IMG/VR virus record: IMGVR_UViG_3300045911_000567 | Coordinates: 12,914 to 76,913 of that record | Origin: a virus | Direction: 5' to 3' (one strand) | Length of the DNA stretch: 64,000 nucleotides | Shown: positions 1 to 9,545 of the stretch, in pieces | How positions within the stretch are numbered: position 1 is the first letter of the stretch | Layout: each line of letters begins with the position of its first letter | The notes under the pieces: generated by a model | Told to the model about the DNA's origin: nothing | Seen by the model: the letters and a program-made list of their open reading frames with translations, nothing else | Database searches by the model: none | Program-made: the position numbers and the translations under genes

Positions 1-2304
1 AGAAAACAACGATTAGAGCAAGCAAGAAAAGTTTTAGATTCCGCAAATCTTCAAGAAGAAGAAATGCTAAAATTAAATGAGAATATTGCTAGGGTACAAG
101 AAGCAATCACCCGAGACATACAACAACGAACCTCAATTTTCACAAAAGCTCGCGCTGCAATAACAAAATCTGCGTTTGGTTTCGGTGCATTACTGGTCGC
201 AGTCAGCAAAGGAGATCCATTGGTAGCGTTCGGAGCTAGTCTTTTGGGAAATTATGTTAAATCCAGAAAAGAAAAAAAACTACAACAAGAATCGGAGAGA
301 AGAGAAACACTAAGATCTGATTTAGAGGGATTTTCTGGAGCTGCCGCCAAAGATTTAATGTCAGAGTCAAAGCCATTATTAATTGAACCATCTTCATACG
401 GAGAAGATTTATTTGAACGGCCCCTAAGAAACAGATCAGAAGAAAGCGATAATAGCATTATTGAAATATTGGCTTTGCTGCTAACAACAAATCAAAAAAT
501 GCTTACAGTGCAAGAAGATATTCTTGCGGCAAATGAATTGATGTTAGAAATGCAAAACCTCGATATTCAAAGAAAGCGACGAGGAGATATAGAATCGGAA
601 CTAGAATCTAGGTATAGTAGCAGCGGCAAAATATTTGCGTTACCTACAGCAGAGACATCAAAAAAGGGCGGAATCCTAAAAAACATTGGCGGAGTAGTCC
701 AAGCGATTGGGGGGGCGGTGGGAGGTATTGGTACCGGAATATTAGGCGGTCTTTTAGGAGTGCTCGGTTTAAAGGGTTTGGTATCTGGTGGTGCGGGATT
801 AGCAAAAGTGCTGAAACTAAGCAATTTAGGAAAATTCGGAGGATTAGTTGCAAGAGGAGCAAGTGCCCCTGTTGCTCTTGCGACGCTCATATTGGGTGCT
901 AGTTATGATATTTTTTCTTCTTTATTTTCAAAAGGAGATCTGAGCAAAAGCAAAATTTTTCAATTTATCAACGGAGCCGAAGATTTTCTCATAGGAAAGA
1001 TGGGCGGCATATCTGAATCTGCCAAAGAAGAGGCTCAGAGAGCAAGAGGATTGTTGGGTTTTCCGTTTGTTGGTGTTTTGGTGGGCGGAGTAATCGGCGG
1101 CATCAAGGACATGTTAGTACACCTATGGACTGGCACCCAAGAAAAACTTAGCAACAGTCAATATGTACAGGATAGCGTTGGATTTATATTCGAAGATGTG
1201 GCGGGATTTTTTAAAGGTCTAATTGAAGGATTTTTTAATGGGGTAAAATCTCTCGCAGAGGGAGTTTTCGGATACATTCCCGGATTCAAAGAAAAAGTAG
1301 ATTCTATAACTGTCCGACTAAAGGATGCCATTCTTCCCGATGCACTAAAGCCGTCAGATACTTTAACTGCGGATGAAATATATCGAGATAGATTAATAAA
1401 AGAGATGGATAAAGCCGATAGTAATAAAGGAGAATATGCATCACTGAGTCAAGATGAAAAAGATGCATTGTTGCGACAAAAAAATCAAGAATTTCTTGCT
1501 CAAAAAGAAAAGATAAAAAATCGAATTAAGAAACTCAATTATAATACGAAAGAAAATCGTTCACAGCCGAGTTTAAGCAAACAAGACAACGAAACTATAT
1601 TGTTGAATGAGATTGCTGCCGCAGGAATTACAGATCCAGTAGAAATAGCAGCGCTTATGGCACAAGCAGCACACGAATCTGGTAACTTTAAGTACATGAA
1701 GGAAATTCCATCGGCAAAAAGCGGTCTTAATTTTGAAAATTATGATTTTAAAGGCAAGGGAAGTTTGGGTAATATGGGAGCGGGCGATGGAGCAAAGTAT
1801 CGCGGCAGAGGACATTTACAAATAACCGGCAGAGACAACTACACACGAATTGGAAAAATGATTGGCATTGATTTAGAAAACCACCCTGAACTATTAGAAG
1901 ACCCCGTAATAGCAGCGAAAGCGTCTGTCGCATACTGGAAAATGCGAGTATCGCCTAATGTTAGCGATTTTTCCGATGTTGGTAGAGTCACTAAATTAAT
2001 TCAAGGAACGAGCACCGATGCAATAGAGCGAAGAACTCGCAAATTTCGTGAATATTCAGCTAAACTAGGAGCCGATTCGCCTCTACAACTCGCTGCAAAT
2101 TATATGCCGGCGCTCAAAAGAAGTATTGATTTGAAAAATATGAGTTCCGGAAATAAATCATCGAATCAATCCGGACCAGTTACGGTGATAGATAACAAAA
2201 AAATTGTTAATCAAAACATAAATCAAGCATCCGGCGGAGTTAATGCTCAAACTCCGCCGGTTGTCAGTTCTTTGTCGCCATCTGCTATCGGTGCGATAAG
2301 CTAG
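1..2304 (+). CDS. Tail/baseplate hub or tape-measure-like protein with C-terminal GH19 (chitinase/lysozyme-like) domain; 5'-truncated by window
   Basis: Frame is open from base 1. Gly/Ala-rich helical region followed by GH19 motifs AQAAHESGNF and GDGAKYRGRGHLQITGRDNY. Convergent with gp32. Confidence 0.75.
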   Translation, partial: RKQRLEQARKVLDSANLQEEEMLKLNENIARVQEAITRDIQQRTSIFTKARAAITKSAFGFGALLVAVSKGDPLVAFGASLLGNYVKSRKEKKLQQESERRETLRSDLEGFSGAAAKDLMSESKPLLIEPSSYGEDLFERPLRNRSEESDNSIIEILALLLTTNQKMLTVQEDILAANELMLEMQNLDIQRKRRGDIESELESRYSSSGKIFALPTAETSKKGGILKNIGGVVQAIGGAVGGIGTGILGGLLGVLGLKGLVSGGAGLAKVLKLSNLGKFGGLVARGASAPVALATLILGASYDIFSSLFSKGDLSKSKIFQFINGAEDFLIGKMGGISESAKEEAQRARGLLGFPFVGVLVGGVIGGIKDMLVHLWTGTQEKLSNSQYVQDSVGFIFEDVAGFFKGLIEGFFNGVKSLAEGVFGYIPGFKEKVDSITVRLKDAILPDALKPSDTLTADEIYRDRLIKEMDKADSNKGEYASLSQDEKDALLRQKNQEFLAQKEKIKNRIKKLNYNTKENRSQPSLSKQDNETILLNEIAAAGITDPVEIAALMAQAAHESGNFKYMKEIPSAKSGLNFENYDFKGKGSLGNMGAGDGAKYRGRGHLQITGRDNYTRIGKMIGIDLENHPELLEDPVIAAKASVAYWKMRVSPNVSDFSDVGRVTKLIQGTSTDAIERRTRKFREYSAKLGADSPLQLAANYMPALKRSIDLKNMSSGNKSSNQSGPVTVIDNKKIVNQNINQASGGVNAQTPPVVSSLSPSAIGAIS

Positions 2305-3218
2305 GATTTGGCAAGTTTCTTCAGATAAGAAAGATCATCATCCTCGTCTAAATCGGTATCAGGGAATGATTCCATATCTTCTTCGTCTTCTATCGATGAG
2401 GCAACTTGTCTGACATTAGAAGAAGCTATAGGCGGAACAGAAGAACCAACCGGCATGCCGCCCGACAATCCTAGAACTTTATCTAATCTTGCTTTCAGTT
2501 CATCGTAGCTTTTAAATGTCTCAGGAGCAACCAATTCTTTCAGTGAATACTCAGTTTTCCATAGAGCATCAATCTGATCGTCATCGCCTCCAAACAGTGC
2601 AGATGGCTTTGAAAAAGACGAATCTGCATAAGAAATATACCCGTCAACTTTCGATGCTTTCAGTTTGAAATTTGCACCAGTCCACGGGCAGAAAGGATTA
2701 ATCGGTTCAATTTCATCAATGCCGTCCGATTGAGGATACATAACTTGCTCAAGTTTATCAAAGATTTTCTTGCCAAACTTGAAAAGAAATACTTTTCCTT
2801 CGTTTTCAGGAGCGGCAGGATCTTTCACTACGAGAATATTAGCAATATAGCTTAACTTGCGTTTCTGTTTTCGCGCCACTTCTTTATCAGCATCAGAACC
2901 TTTCCACAATCGTGCGTTTAACTCAGAAACAGGATCAGGAAGAGAAAGTGTGGTAAGAGATCGTTCGATATAATATCCACCCGGACCTTTGAAATGATGC
3001 TCGAATAGTCTAACGAATGGAAGGTTTTCCCCTTCGGGCGCAGGAAGGAATCGAATCACTGCTGCACCAACATCAGTCTTATCTCTTTTTAAAGACCAGA
3101 ATCTATCATCTTGAAATTTATTATCTTCTCCGGATTTGCCCTTGATTTTTTCGAGTTGCTCTTGCAGCGCACTGATGCCTGCCAAACCTTTTTGTTGCTT
3201 CAATTTACTTAATGACAT
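2301..3218 (-). CDS. gp32: Single-stranded DNA-binding protein
   Basis: DDRFW..AVIRFLPAP, KRKLSYIANILVVKDPAAPENEGKVFLFKFGKKIFDK, acidic C-tail. Confidence 0.97.
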   Translation of the reverse strand: MSLSKLKQQKGLAGISALQEQLEKIKGKSGEDNKFQDDRFWSLKRDKTDVGAAVIRFLPAPEGENLPFVRLFEHHFKGPGGYYIERSLTTLSLPDPVSELNARLWKGSDADKEVARKQKRKLSYIANILVVKDPAAPENEGKVFLFKFGKKIFDKLEQVMYPQSDGIDEIEPINPFCPWTGANFKLKASKVDGYISYADSSFSKPSALFGGDDDQIDALWKTEYSLKELVAPETFKSYDELKARLDKVLGLSGGMPVGSSVPPIASSNVRQVASSIEDEEDMESFPDTDLDEDDDLSYLKKLAKS

Positions 3219-3232
3219 ATGTATTCTCCATT

Positions 3233-3889
3233 CTATTGTTGTATAATATCACGTTCAGTTTCGCTTTGCAAAAAAATTTTTTTCATCACCTCTTTCATTC
3301 TCTCAATTTCGTCGGATGAAAGATTTAAAAATGGCGTCAGTTTTAAACATTTATGTTTATATGATTTCCATAATTTACCGTTAGTTCCAGACAAGTTTTT
3401 GTCAAACTTAGGGAAAAAATTCAATATTTCATTCATGATGATAAAACTTTCAATTTTGATATTTCCGTGTTTTACCATCCAGAAAATGGGAGGAATGTCA
3501 TCATAGAAACTAAAGAGTGAATCAAATGTATCATACACTGTATGAGTATCCAAAAAATTCTTGATATACTGCATGTCTTGCTTGAAACGATATAGTCTGG
3601 CTTGATTGTATTTGCGCCATAGTATCATATTATTGTGAGCATGTTCTTCTCTCAGTTCTGATATATAACAAGCTGGATGATACATGAAATTAGAAACAAA
3701 TAAATCTAATATATCTTTTTTGCTATATTTTCTGGCAATTGCCTCGAAGTATCCTTTGTCATGTCGTTTTTCGTATGTTGATAGTTTAACGGGACGTAGA
3801 CCGTTAGCAGTTTTGAAATGATCGTAGTGCTCCTTATTGAAATGGAGCTTTATTGAAAGATACATTCTATAGACATCATACCCTGTCAT
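3233..3889 (-). CDS. gp59: Helicase loader
   Basis: YRMYLSIKLHF..YD.F N-terminus; synteny 33-59-32. Confidence 0.9.
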   Translation of the reverse strand: MTGYDVYRMYLSIKLHFNKEHYDHFKTANGLRPVKLSTYEKRHDKGYFEAIARKYSKKDILDLFVSNFMYHPACYISELREEHAHNNMILWRKYNQARLYRFKQDMQYIKNFLDTHTVYDTFDSLFSFYDDIPPIFWMVKHGNIKIESFIIMNEILNFFPKFDKNLSGTNGKLWKSYKHKCLKLTPFLNLSSDEIERMKEVMKKIFLQSETERDIIQQ

Positions 3890-4122
3890 TTTAGTGGCAG
3901 TTTCGCGTGTTTTTTCCCTCGATTGATCAAATTTAATTCTGTTGCCTCAACTTCCAGTTTATGTTTTATTGGTTTCGATAGAAGTCTGCCTATCGTATCA
4001 ACTTCTATTTTCGCTTCAGCGCAATAGTGCATTATGGCATCTAGATATGAAATATTTAATTTACTGACCAGTCTTTCTATTTCATCCGAAAAACTTTGTT
4101 GTGTGTGTAATTTTAGGGACAT
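3886..4122 (-). CDS. gp33: Late transcription coactivator
   Basis: FSDEIERLV..ISYLDAI..YC, KLEVEA..LNLI; synteny. Confidence 0.9.
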   Translation of the reverse strand: MSLKLHTQQSFSDEIERLVSKLNISYLDAIMHYCAEAKIEVDTIGRLLSKPIKHKLEVEATELNLINRGKKHAKLPLK

Positions 4123-4123
4123 C

Positions 4124-4360
4124 TTACGCTATTAGTGATTGCTCTTTCAACAATTTCAATAAATCTTCATCGCTCATATATCCTCCAAGATCGAATTCGT
4201 GCTTTTCGGTTTGAAAGATTGTCTGATCGTCTTTAATAAAATTTAGTTTACCATATCTATACGATAAAACAATTTTTTCTTCATTTGATGTAAGAGCTGT
4301 CCATTCGCTCGGGAAGCCGATATTTGTCCTAGATATTGTTTCTAATTTAACTTTAATCAT
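4124..4360 (-). CDS. Hypothetical protein, paralog of 4353..4643
   Basis: Likely start ATG at 4360 overlapping the upstream stop; PSEW..YRYGKL..YMSDEDL. Confidence 0.65.
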   Translation of the reverse strand: MIKVKLETISRTNIGFPSEWTALTSNEEKIVLSYRYGKLNFIKDDQTIFQTEKHEFDLGGYMSDEDLLKLLKEQSLIA

Positions 4361-4643
4361 GATAGAAATCGTCCTCAAGTAAATCTTCTTCTTTGAGTAC
4401 AGCAACTAGATCTTCATGTGTCATAAAATTTGAAAAAGTATCTTGACTGATTCTGCCTGCAAAAATTATATGACCGTCATCTGGATTTTCTAGTCTGTTG
4501 TTTATTTCGTTAGAAAGATATATGATTAGGCTTCCGTGTTGATATATGATTCGTATAAAATGTCCAGTATGCACTTGGCCGAGCCAAATACTAGGATTAG
4601 AGAAATTAATTCTCATCAATTTCTCAGGATTAATTCTAATCAT
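4353..4643 (-). CDS. Hypothetical protein, paralog of 4124..4360
   Basis: PSIW..YQHGSL..FMTHEDL; overlaps both neighbours. Confidence 0.65.
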   Translation of the reverse strand: MIRINPEKLMRINFSNPSIWLGQVHTGHFIRIIYQHGSLIIYLSNEINNRLENPDDGHIIFAGRISQDTFSNFMTHEDLVAVLKEEDLLEDDFYHD

Positions 4644-5515
4644 AGATCCAATTCTGATCTGAATCCAATAAAAACAGGGAATCTTGGCAAATCGAGCATA
4701 CCAAGTTCCTGATACTTATACTTTATAATCTTATTTAGATATTTTTCTTTATTTGTCCATATCTCTTTACGAAGATCGTCGTCGAAACCCGAACCTATAT
4801 TAAAAACTTGTCCTGTTTTGATATTTTTCACAACGAGCGCGCCGAGCGTGTCAGATGCAACTAAGCCATCTTTTTTGCTGGATCTTTTTGACAATCCCAG
4901 TTCGTCTTTTTCTTTCTCGTTTGTGTTTTTGAATCTCTCTTCAAATCCAATTACTTCTGCTTCATCGTCTTTAAATCTTTTCAATTTAAGTAGTATCTGT
5001 TCACGAAGAGTCGATCTGCCGCATTTATATCTGCCCTTCGGACATCTAATCATAACTCCTTCATAGCCCATGGAAAGATATTTTTCTTCTATCTTCAGCA
5101 ACTCTTCTTGGTTTTCTATCAGAACAGAAGGGACCAATTTGATCCTAGAGTCGGCAATCGAAGAATACCAGTTTTCTAATGACTTCAATCTATTTTCATA
5201 TGAAACATCGAGACTATCCTGAACATAATCAAAAGCATGAAATGTGAAATCTGGTTCTCCATCAAAACTCATAATTTTTGATTGTATGTCTTGAAAAGAT
5301 CCTGATGACATTACTTCGCCATCAATGCCATCGGGCAGTATAGTTTCTAACTGCTTTCTCACGAACCTATTCGGAAGGTCTTTGAATTTTCTTGTGACTG
5401 CCTTTCCGTTTACTTTAAGGACTCTAATTCCATCTAACTTTGGTGTAACTATAACTGGAAATCTCAACAAACTTACATCTTCCAAAGTTTCTGCTAACAA
5501 GGGACGAGTTATCAC
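4640..5515 (-). CDS. ATP-dependent DNA ligase
   Basis: Motif I KLDGIR, DGE, FHAFD, EGVM, LLKLK, OB-fold GSGF..PRFPVF. Confidence 0.95.
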   Translation of the reverse strand: MITRPLLAETLEDVSLLRFPVIVTPKLDGIRVLKVNGKAVTRKFKDLPNRFVRKQLETILPDGIDGEVMSSGSFQDIQSKIMSFDGEPDFTFHAFDYVQDSLDVSYENRLKSLENWYSSIADSRIKLVPSVLIENQEELLKIEEKYLSMGYEGVMIRCPKGRYKCGRSTLREQILLKLKRFKDDEAEVIGFEERFKNTNEKEKDELGLSKRSSKKDGLVASDTLGALVVKNIKTGQVFNIGSGFDDDLRKEIWTNKEKYLNKIIKYKYQELGMLDLPRFPVFIGFRSELDL

Positions 5516-5985
5516 GGCAGAAAAATCCCCCCTTTCGATTGCTTCAATTTTTTATTTTTAATTTTATCGGCAAATTCTTTTCTTTTTGCTATTTCACTGC
5601 TAGTAAAGTCTTTGTCTACTAGAAGTCCTGGCTGAGATTTTCTGTCTAACTCTTCGATTATTTTTTCTTCGGGTATGGGCGGCTCGTATGTTGCATTTAC
5701 CGACATCACATCTTCTACTATTTCTAAAACATCACACCTACCATCTTCTAGGTTAGATAATTCCTCTAAATCTTTTTTTTCGTCGATTAATGTCCAGGGA
5801 ACAAGCCAGTTTTTCTCTCCGTCAATTATTTCTACCAGAGGAAGATTCTTCTCCTTGAATCTCTTAATCTTTCTTTTTTTTACAAAATCGAATATAAATT
5901 TCCATCTAGTTTCAAATAAAACTAATTCATCAGGAAAAAATGCCGAAATTTTATATGTTATAAGTCTATATTTTTTCATACTCAA
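5512..5985 (-). CDS. Hypothetical protein
   Basis: 157-aa ORF overlapping the ligase start. Confidence 0.6.
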   Translation of the reverse strand: MSMKKYRLITYKISAFFPDELVLFETRWKFIFDFVKKRKIKRFKEKNLPLVEIIDGEKNWLVPWTLIDEKKDLEELSNLEDGRCDVLEIVEDVMSVNATYEPPIPEEKIIEELDRKSQPGLLVDKDFTSSEIAKRKEFADKIKNKKLKQSKGGIFLP

Positions 5986-5993
5986 TTTTTAGG

Positions 5994-6065
5994 CTGGCAA
6001 GGTAGGACTCGAACCTACAACCGTCGCATTAACAGTGCGCTACTCTGCCATTGAGTTACTTGCCA
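5994..6065 (-). tRNA. tRNA-Asn(GTT)
   Basis: Cloverleaf on minus strand: acceptor TGGCAAG/CTTGCCA, D arm ACTC/GAGT, anticodon loop CTGTTAA, T arm GTAGG-TTCGAGT-CCTAC. Discriminator G is followed by CCT, so no CCA is encoded. Confidence 0.93.
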
Positions 6066-6466
6066 ATAATTCCTTTAATATTTTTTGGTTGTTTCAATTT
6101 CATGGAGAGCTCACGATATCCATTGGCTGTCCATCCCAATAATTCTAATTCGTCTTTTACCCTGACCGTGAGCATGCCCTCGGCTCCCCGAAGATACCAA
6201 TCCAAATAATCTTCATCATACTTCGGTTTTCTTAAATCCGCAACAAGTCCCGCTGCCGATCTCCAGGAAAGAGACGCTTGGTGAGTTTTTGGCAGATCTT
6301 TTCTCGTATATTGAATATTACACATAGCAGAATATAATTCTGCTGCAAATGTCTCATCAAGCACTAGTTTCCTGATTCTCTGAGAGTTAGTTAAATCCTC
6401 GATAAATTGCTGGGTGATGTCAAGAACGTCGCTCATATCAATTATAGTATCATATAACATCAGCAT
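6056..6466 (-). CDS. Conserved phage hypothetical protein (probable start MSDVLD at 6436)
   Basis: FAAELYSAMCN..SWRSAAGLVADLR..DYLDWY pattern. Confidence 0.7.
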   Translation of the reverse strand: MLMLYDTIIDMSDVLDITQQFIEDLTNSQRIRKLVLDETFAAELYSAMCNIQYTRKDLPKTHQASLSWRSAAGLVADLRKPKYDEDYLDWYLRGAEGMLTVRVKDELELLGWTANGYRELSMKLKQPKNIKGIIGK

Positions 6467-6561
6467 TTAGCAAATAAAAAAGCACGAACAACTAAAAACC
6501 CGAAAAGGAATTTATGCGCTACTTCCTGTCCCGTTTTAGTTGTTTGTGCTGCGCTAAAGCT
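6462..6561 (-). ncRNA. Candidate rod-like structured RNA or long hairpin
   Basis: Nested inverted repeats 6481-6497/6534-6550 and 6462-6471/6553-6561 around an inner AGGAA/TTCCT stem; GTAAATA immediately upstream. Confidence 0.4.
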
Positions 6562-6584
6562 AGTTATTTACCATTATTTTTCTT

Positions 6585-7463
6585 TCACGTCAACTTTTTA
6601 TGATCGTCTAATGCTTTTTTTAAGACTTTAATCTCAGATTTGGATATTTCTCCATCGGAAATTATTTTATTGACAGTTTTCAATAGTTTAAGATAATGGT
6701 ATTTTTCAAGAAGTTTATAAATTACATTTCCAGGAAGATAACTATTAGTTCCGTATGTTCTTATTTCTTCGGGTGTCAAAGTTTTATTATATGCATCTTC
6801 GCGTTTGGTCTTTATGTCATCATAAATCGCACTAATTTCTTCTGCATTTAGTTCCATATCTTCGATTGTCTGCTTTAACCTCTGTTTCAGTTGTCTTGCA
6901 TCTGCATCGGTCATATTTTTTATGGACTCGTAATCGAATAAAACATCATCTAATCGATCTGCAAGTAAATCGATTGCTTTAACTTTGTCGGCGTAATCTT
7001 GTAAATATAACTCTATCGAAAATTTTATATCTTTCGGTTTTTTGATAAACTCGTTATTTTTAATATCAAAAGATGCGTCAGCGGCTTCTGTTTTTCTTCT
7101 TTCATATTCTTTTGCATCATTCATAATAAAATAGTTAATGGGATAGGGCGTATTTTTATATTTTTTCCCTGATATTTTAGAAGTTATTTTTTTACTCTTC
7201 TCTAAGTCTTTTTCGGCTACAAGAACCGTGACATCTATATCACTATTTTCATCATATCTAAGAGTTAATATACTTCCAAGAAGTACATAGTCAAGTACCT
7301 TAACTTCAGCTACCAGCGGAGCCATTCTTTTAAGAATTTCATCACGTAAGTCGTCTTTTAATTTTGGATTAACCGCATTGGGGTCTTCGAATATATCAGG
7401 CGAAAGACTATCTTGCCTTTGACTTATTATAGACTCTTCGATGTAAGTACTAAATCGTTTCAT
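6585..7463 (-). CDS. Pol-beta-superfamily nucleotidyltransferase with capsid-targeting-like N-terminus
   Basis: LLGSI..SDIDV motif and later PINYF strand; start MKRFSTYIEE downstream of CTAAATA. Confidence 0.75.
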   Translation of the reverse strand: MKRFSTYIEESIISQRQDSLSPDIFEDPNAVNPKLKDDLRDEILKRMAPLVAEVKVLDYVLLGSILTLRYDENSDIDVTVLVAEKDLEKSKKITSKISGKKYKNTPYPINYFIMNDAKEYERRKTEAADASFDIKNNEFIKKPKDIKFSIELYLQDYADKVKAIDLLADRLDDVLFDYESIKNMTDADARQLKQRLKQTIEDMELNAEEISAIYDDIKTKREDAYNKTLTPEEIRTYGTNSYLPGNVIYKLLEKYHYLKLLKTVNKIISDGEISKSEIKVLKKALDDHKKLT

Positions 7464-7479
7464 TTTTCCGGTCGCACTA

Positions 7480-7486
7480 TATTTAG
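7480..7486 (-). promoter_or_regulatory. gp55-type late promoter CTAAATA
   Basis: Variant of T4 TATAAATA, 16 nt before the ATG at 7463; the motif recurs before other late genes. Confidence 0.65.
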
Positions 7487-7587
7487 CTAAAGGGGAGAGC
7501 GAGCTACGGGCACTTAAATGCACTATTGCGGCTGAATATCAGATGTCGATTTCTAAATGCTATATTACTAATAGGACATCTTCACAA

Positions 7588-8115
7588 TTATCTCAACTCT
7601 AATCTGCTATGTACATCTTTAACAACAATAAAATCTTTGCCCATAACTTTGCATGGGACCTCTATTCCATCAATAAAAGCAGTGAATGACACGGATATTG
7701 GAGCCTTGTTTTCAAAATCTTTGGGAAACCCACCCGGCTTGAAATTGAATCTACCAAATTTATGATTGGGCAAACGATTGCCTCTGAGGTGACCTCCCTC
7801 ATTGAAAGTTGTCTTGATCTTTATATTTTTGCCGTTTTTGTCAACGAACTTAATTCTTACATCGCGGGCTCTCAGCGTATCAGAACTCACAGAAACTACC
7901 ACCCCCTTGGGAAAAGTATCAGAATCTGGCTTCCATAAAAAAGAAGTGATAACCGGAATGGTTGATTTTTCCGGCTCCTCTAACGTCACCTCTGATTTTG
8001 GACTTTCGGTTGGTTTGACCGGTTCAGGCTTAGGCTTTGGTTCAGTAGCTTTTTCAGTTGATTTGCGAAAAAGTTTTTCTAACAATTCTTTAATTGCTGA
8101 CAATATCTCGTTCAT
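7588..8115 (-). CDS. Hypothetical protein with Pro-rich linker and FLWKP-type domain
   Basis: EPKPKPEP linker; FLWKPDSD..VVV..GRFNFKPG. Confidence 0.7.
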   Translation of the reverse strand: MNEILSAIKELLEKLFRKSTEKATEPKPKPEPVKPTESPKSEVTLEEPEKSTIPVITSFLWKPDSDTFPKGVVVSVSSDTLRARDVRIKFVDKNGKNIKIKTTFNEGGHLRGNRLPNHKFGRFNFKPGGFPKDFENKAPISVSFTAFIDGIEVPCKVMGKDFIVVKDVHSRLELR

Positions 8116-8149
8116 AATTGCTCATTATAAATGCGATCCGAATACTATA

Positions 8150-8536
8150 TTATATATCAGTTGATGTAGATTGTTCTTTTGAAGTGAAATAATTTTTCAT
8201 TGCATCTAGGCTCTCATCTGACAATTTCGGGCGGTCGTCTCGTCCTGTCTTTCTGAGGCTAAAAGCCAACAAAAAAAATATACAGCAGCCAGCATGAGCC
8301 AGATGGGATAATCCGGTTTCCTCGTCTTTGTCTTGACCCTGAAACCAGAGTGTTAAATGTCTCTGTAATGCACCAAAAACTCTGGACCAATCAAAGCCCA
8401 ATTCCCAGTTCCTGGCATTATATTTCTTTGCACCAAATGTTAATACTTTTGCAATTTCAGTTACAGAATCCCATGGAACCAGATCCATCCTAATTTTATT
8501 CTGATCGTATTTTATTCCTTCTTTTTTATCACTCAT
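8150..8536 (-). CDS. dATP/dGTP diphosphohydrolase-domain protein (DUF5664-like)
   Basis: GIKYD..K..DL, FGAKKY..NW..G, RHL..W..G..D.ETGLSHLAHA. Confidence 0.85.
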   Translation of the reverse strand: MSDKKEGIKYDQNKIRMDLVPWDSVTEIAKVLTFGAKKYNARNWELGFDWSRVFGALQRHLTLWFQGQDKDEETGLSHLAHAGCCIFFLLAFSLRKTGRDDRPKLSDESLDAMKNYFTSKEQSTSTDI

Positions 8537-9276
8537 ATCAATCCAGCTTTCATTCTAGCAAGCAAATACTCTTTTACAAATCCCGAACGAACTATATCTT
8601 CTATATCAAAGTCGACTATATCAAAACTTTTCATATAATTAGCACAAATTAATAATGAAAGCAAGCCGGACGTCTGCGATTTTTTTCCCAGATGCTTTAG
8701 GTCGTCTTGATATGTATCACCACAAACAATAATTCTTGTATTATGTCCTACTCTAGTCAATACTGAGGATAACTCATGGTCACTGAGATTTTGCGCCTCA
8801 TCTATAATGATGACTGCATCATCAATCGTCAATCCCCGCAGAAAAGACGTGCTCATGAATTCGAGCGCATCTTTTTTCTGTAGCAATTCATATGCATCTT
8901 TTCTATTGTTCATCAAATCTGAAACTATATTTTTGTATGGCTGTTCATACATCGACATTTTTTCGACTATTGTTCCGGGAAGAAAGCCCTGATCGCGAGT
9001 TGAAACCGCAGACCTAACAATCACTACTTTTTTTGCCAAGCCCTGCATTAAGTCATTCAGTGCAAGATAAAGTCCAACGAAAGTTTTTCCTGTTCCTGCA
9101 CAGCCAGTCATTATCACGTTCTTTCCACTAAAATATGAGTGAAAGACTTTCTCTTGATTTTTCGTTAATGGTTTTAGTTCAGATAATCTTAGATTATGAT
9201 TCAATATTTTTTTCTGTCTTCTATTAGGTTCTTCTATATCTACTTGCGGGGCGGACTTTCGAGACCTTTTTCCCAT
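8533..9276 (-). CDS. phoH: PhoH-family ATPase
   Basis: GCAGTGKT, GFLPG, FLRGLT, DEAQN, GD..Q.D, IVRSGFV. Confidence 0.95.
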   Translation of the reverse strand: MGKRSRKSAPQVDIEEPNRRQKKILNHNLRLSELKPLTKNQEKVFHSYFSGKNVIMTGCAGTGKTFVGLYLALNDLMQGLAKKVVIVRSAVSTRDQGFLPGTIVEKMSMYEQPYKNIVSDLMNNRKDAYELLQKKDALEFMSTSFLRGLTIDDAVIIIDEAQNLSDHELSSVLTRVGHNTRIIVCGDTYQDDLKHLGKKSQTSGLLSLLICANYMKSFDIVDFDIEDIVRSGFVKEYLLARMKAGLI

Positions 9277-9281
9277 ATATT

Positions 9282-9545
9282 TTAGTAATCTTTTAATTTA
9301 ACACTTTTAACGTTTTTATACCCATGTTTAATTTGTTGCATACGTTCTCTGAAATCGCTCTGTGGCTTTTTCAGACCATCTACTGCAAAGGGCGATATTA
9401 GCGACGATGCGCCAATGATTAGCTTTACTGACAGCTGCTTACATTTAGCACAAGGAGAATTTTCTGGGTCGAATCTTTTTGAAATAGAACAGAACTCAGT
9501 AAAAGTATGGTTGCAATTAGAACATTCATAATCATAAGTAGGCAT
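9282..9545 (-). CDS. FmdB-family zinc-ribbon protein
   Basis: MPTYDYECSNC...CAKC. Confidence 0.85.
   Translation of the reverse strand: MPTYDYECSNCNHTFTEFCSISKRFDPENSPCAKCKQLSVKLIIGASSLISPFAVDGLKKPQSDFRERMQQIKHGYKNVKSVKLKDY

Noticed and set aside
7464-7523. ORF-track N-terminal extension of the nucleotidyltransferase
   Set aside because: The late promoter at 7480-7486 and the MKRF motif indicate the start is at 7463.
8150-8536. dATP/dGTP diphosphohydrolase as evidence of a Z-base or 7-deazaguanine genome
   Set aside because: No purZ, dpdA or queuosine-pathway genes are recognisable in the window, and this domain often occurs alone.
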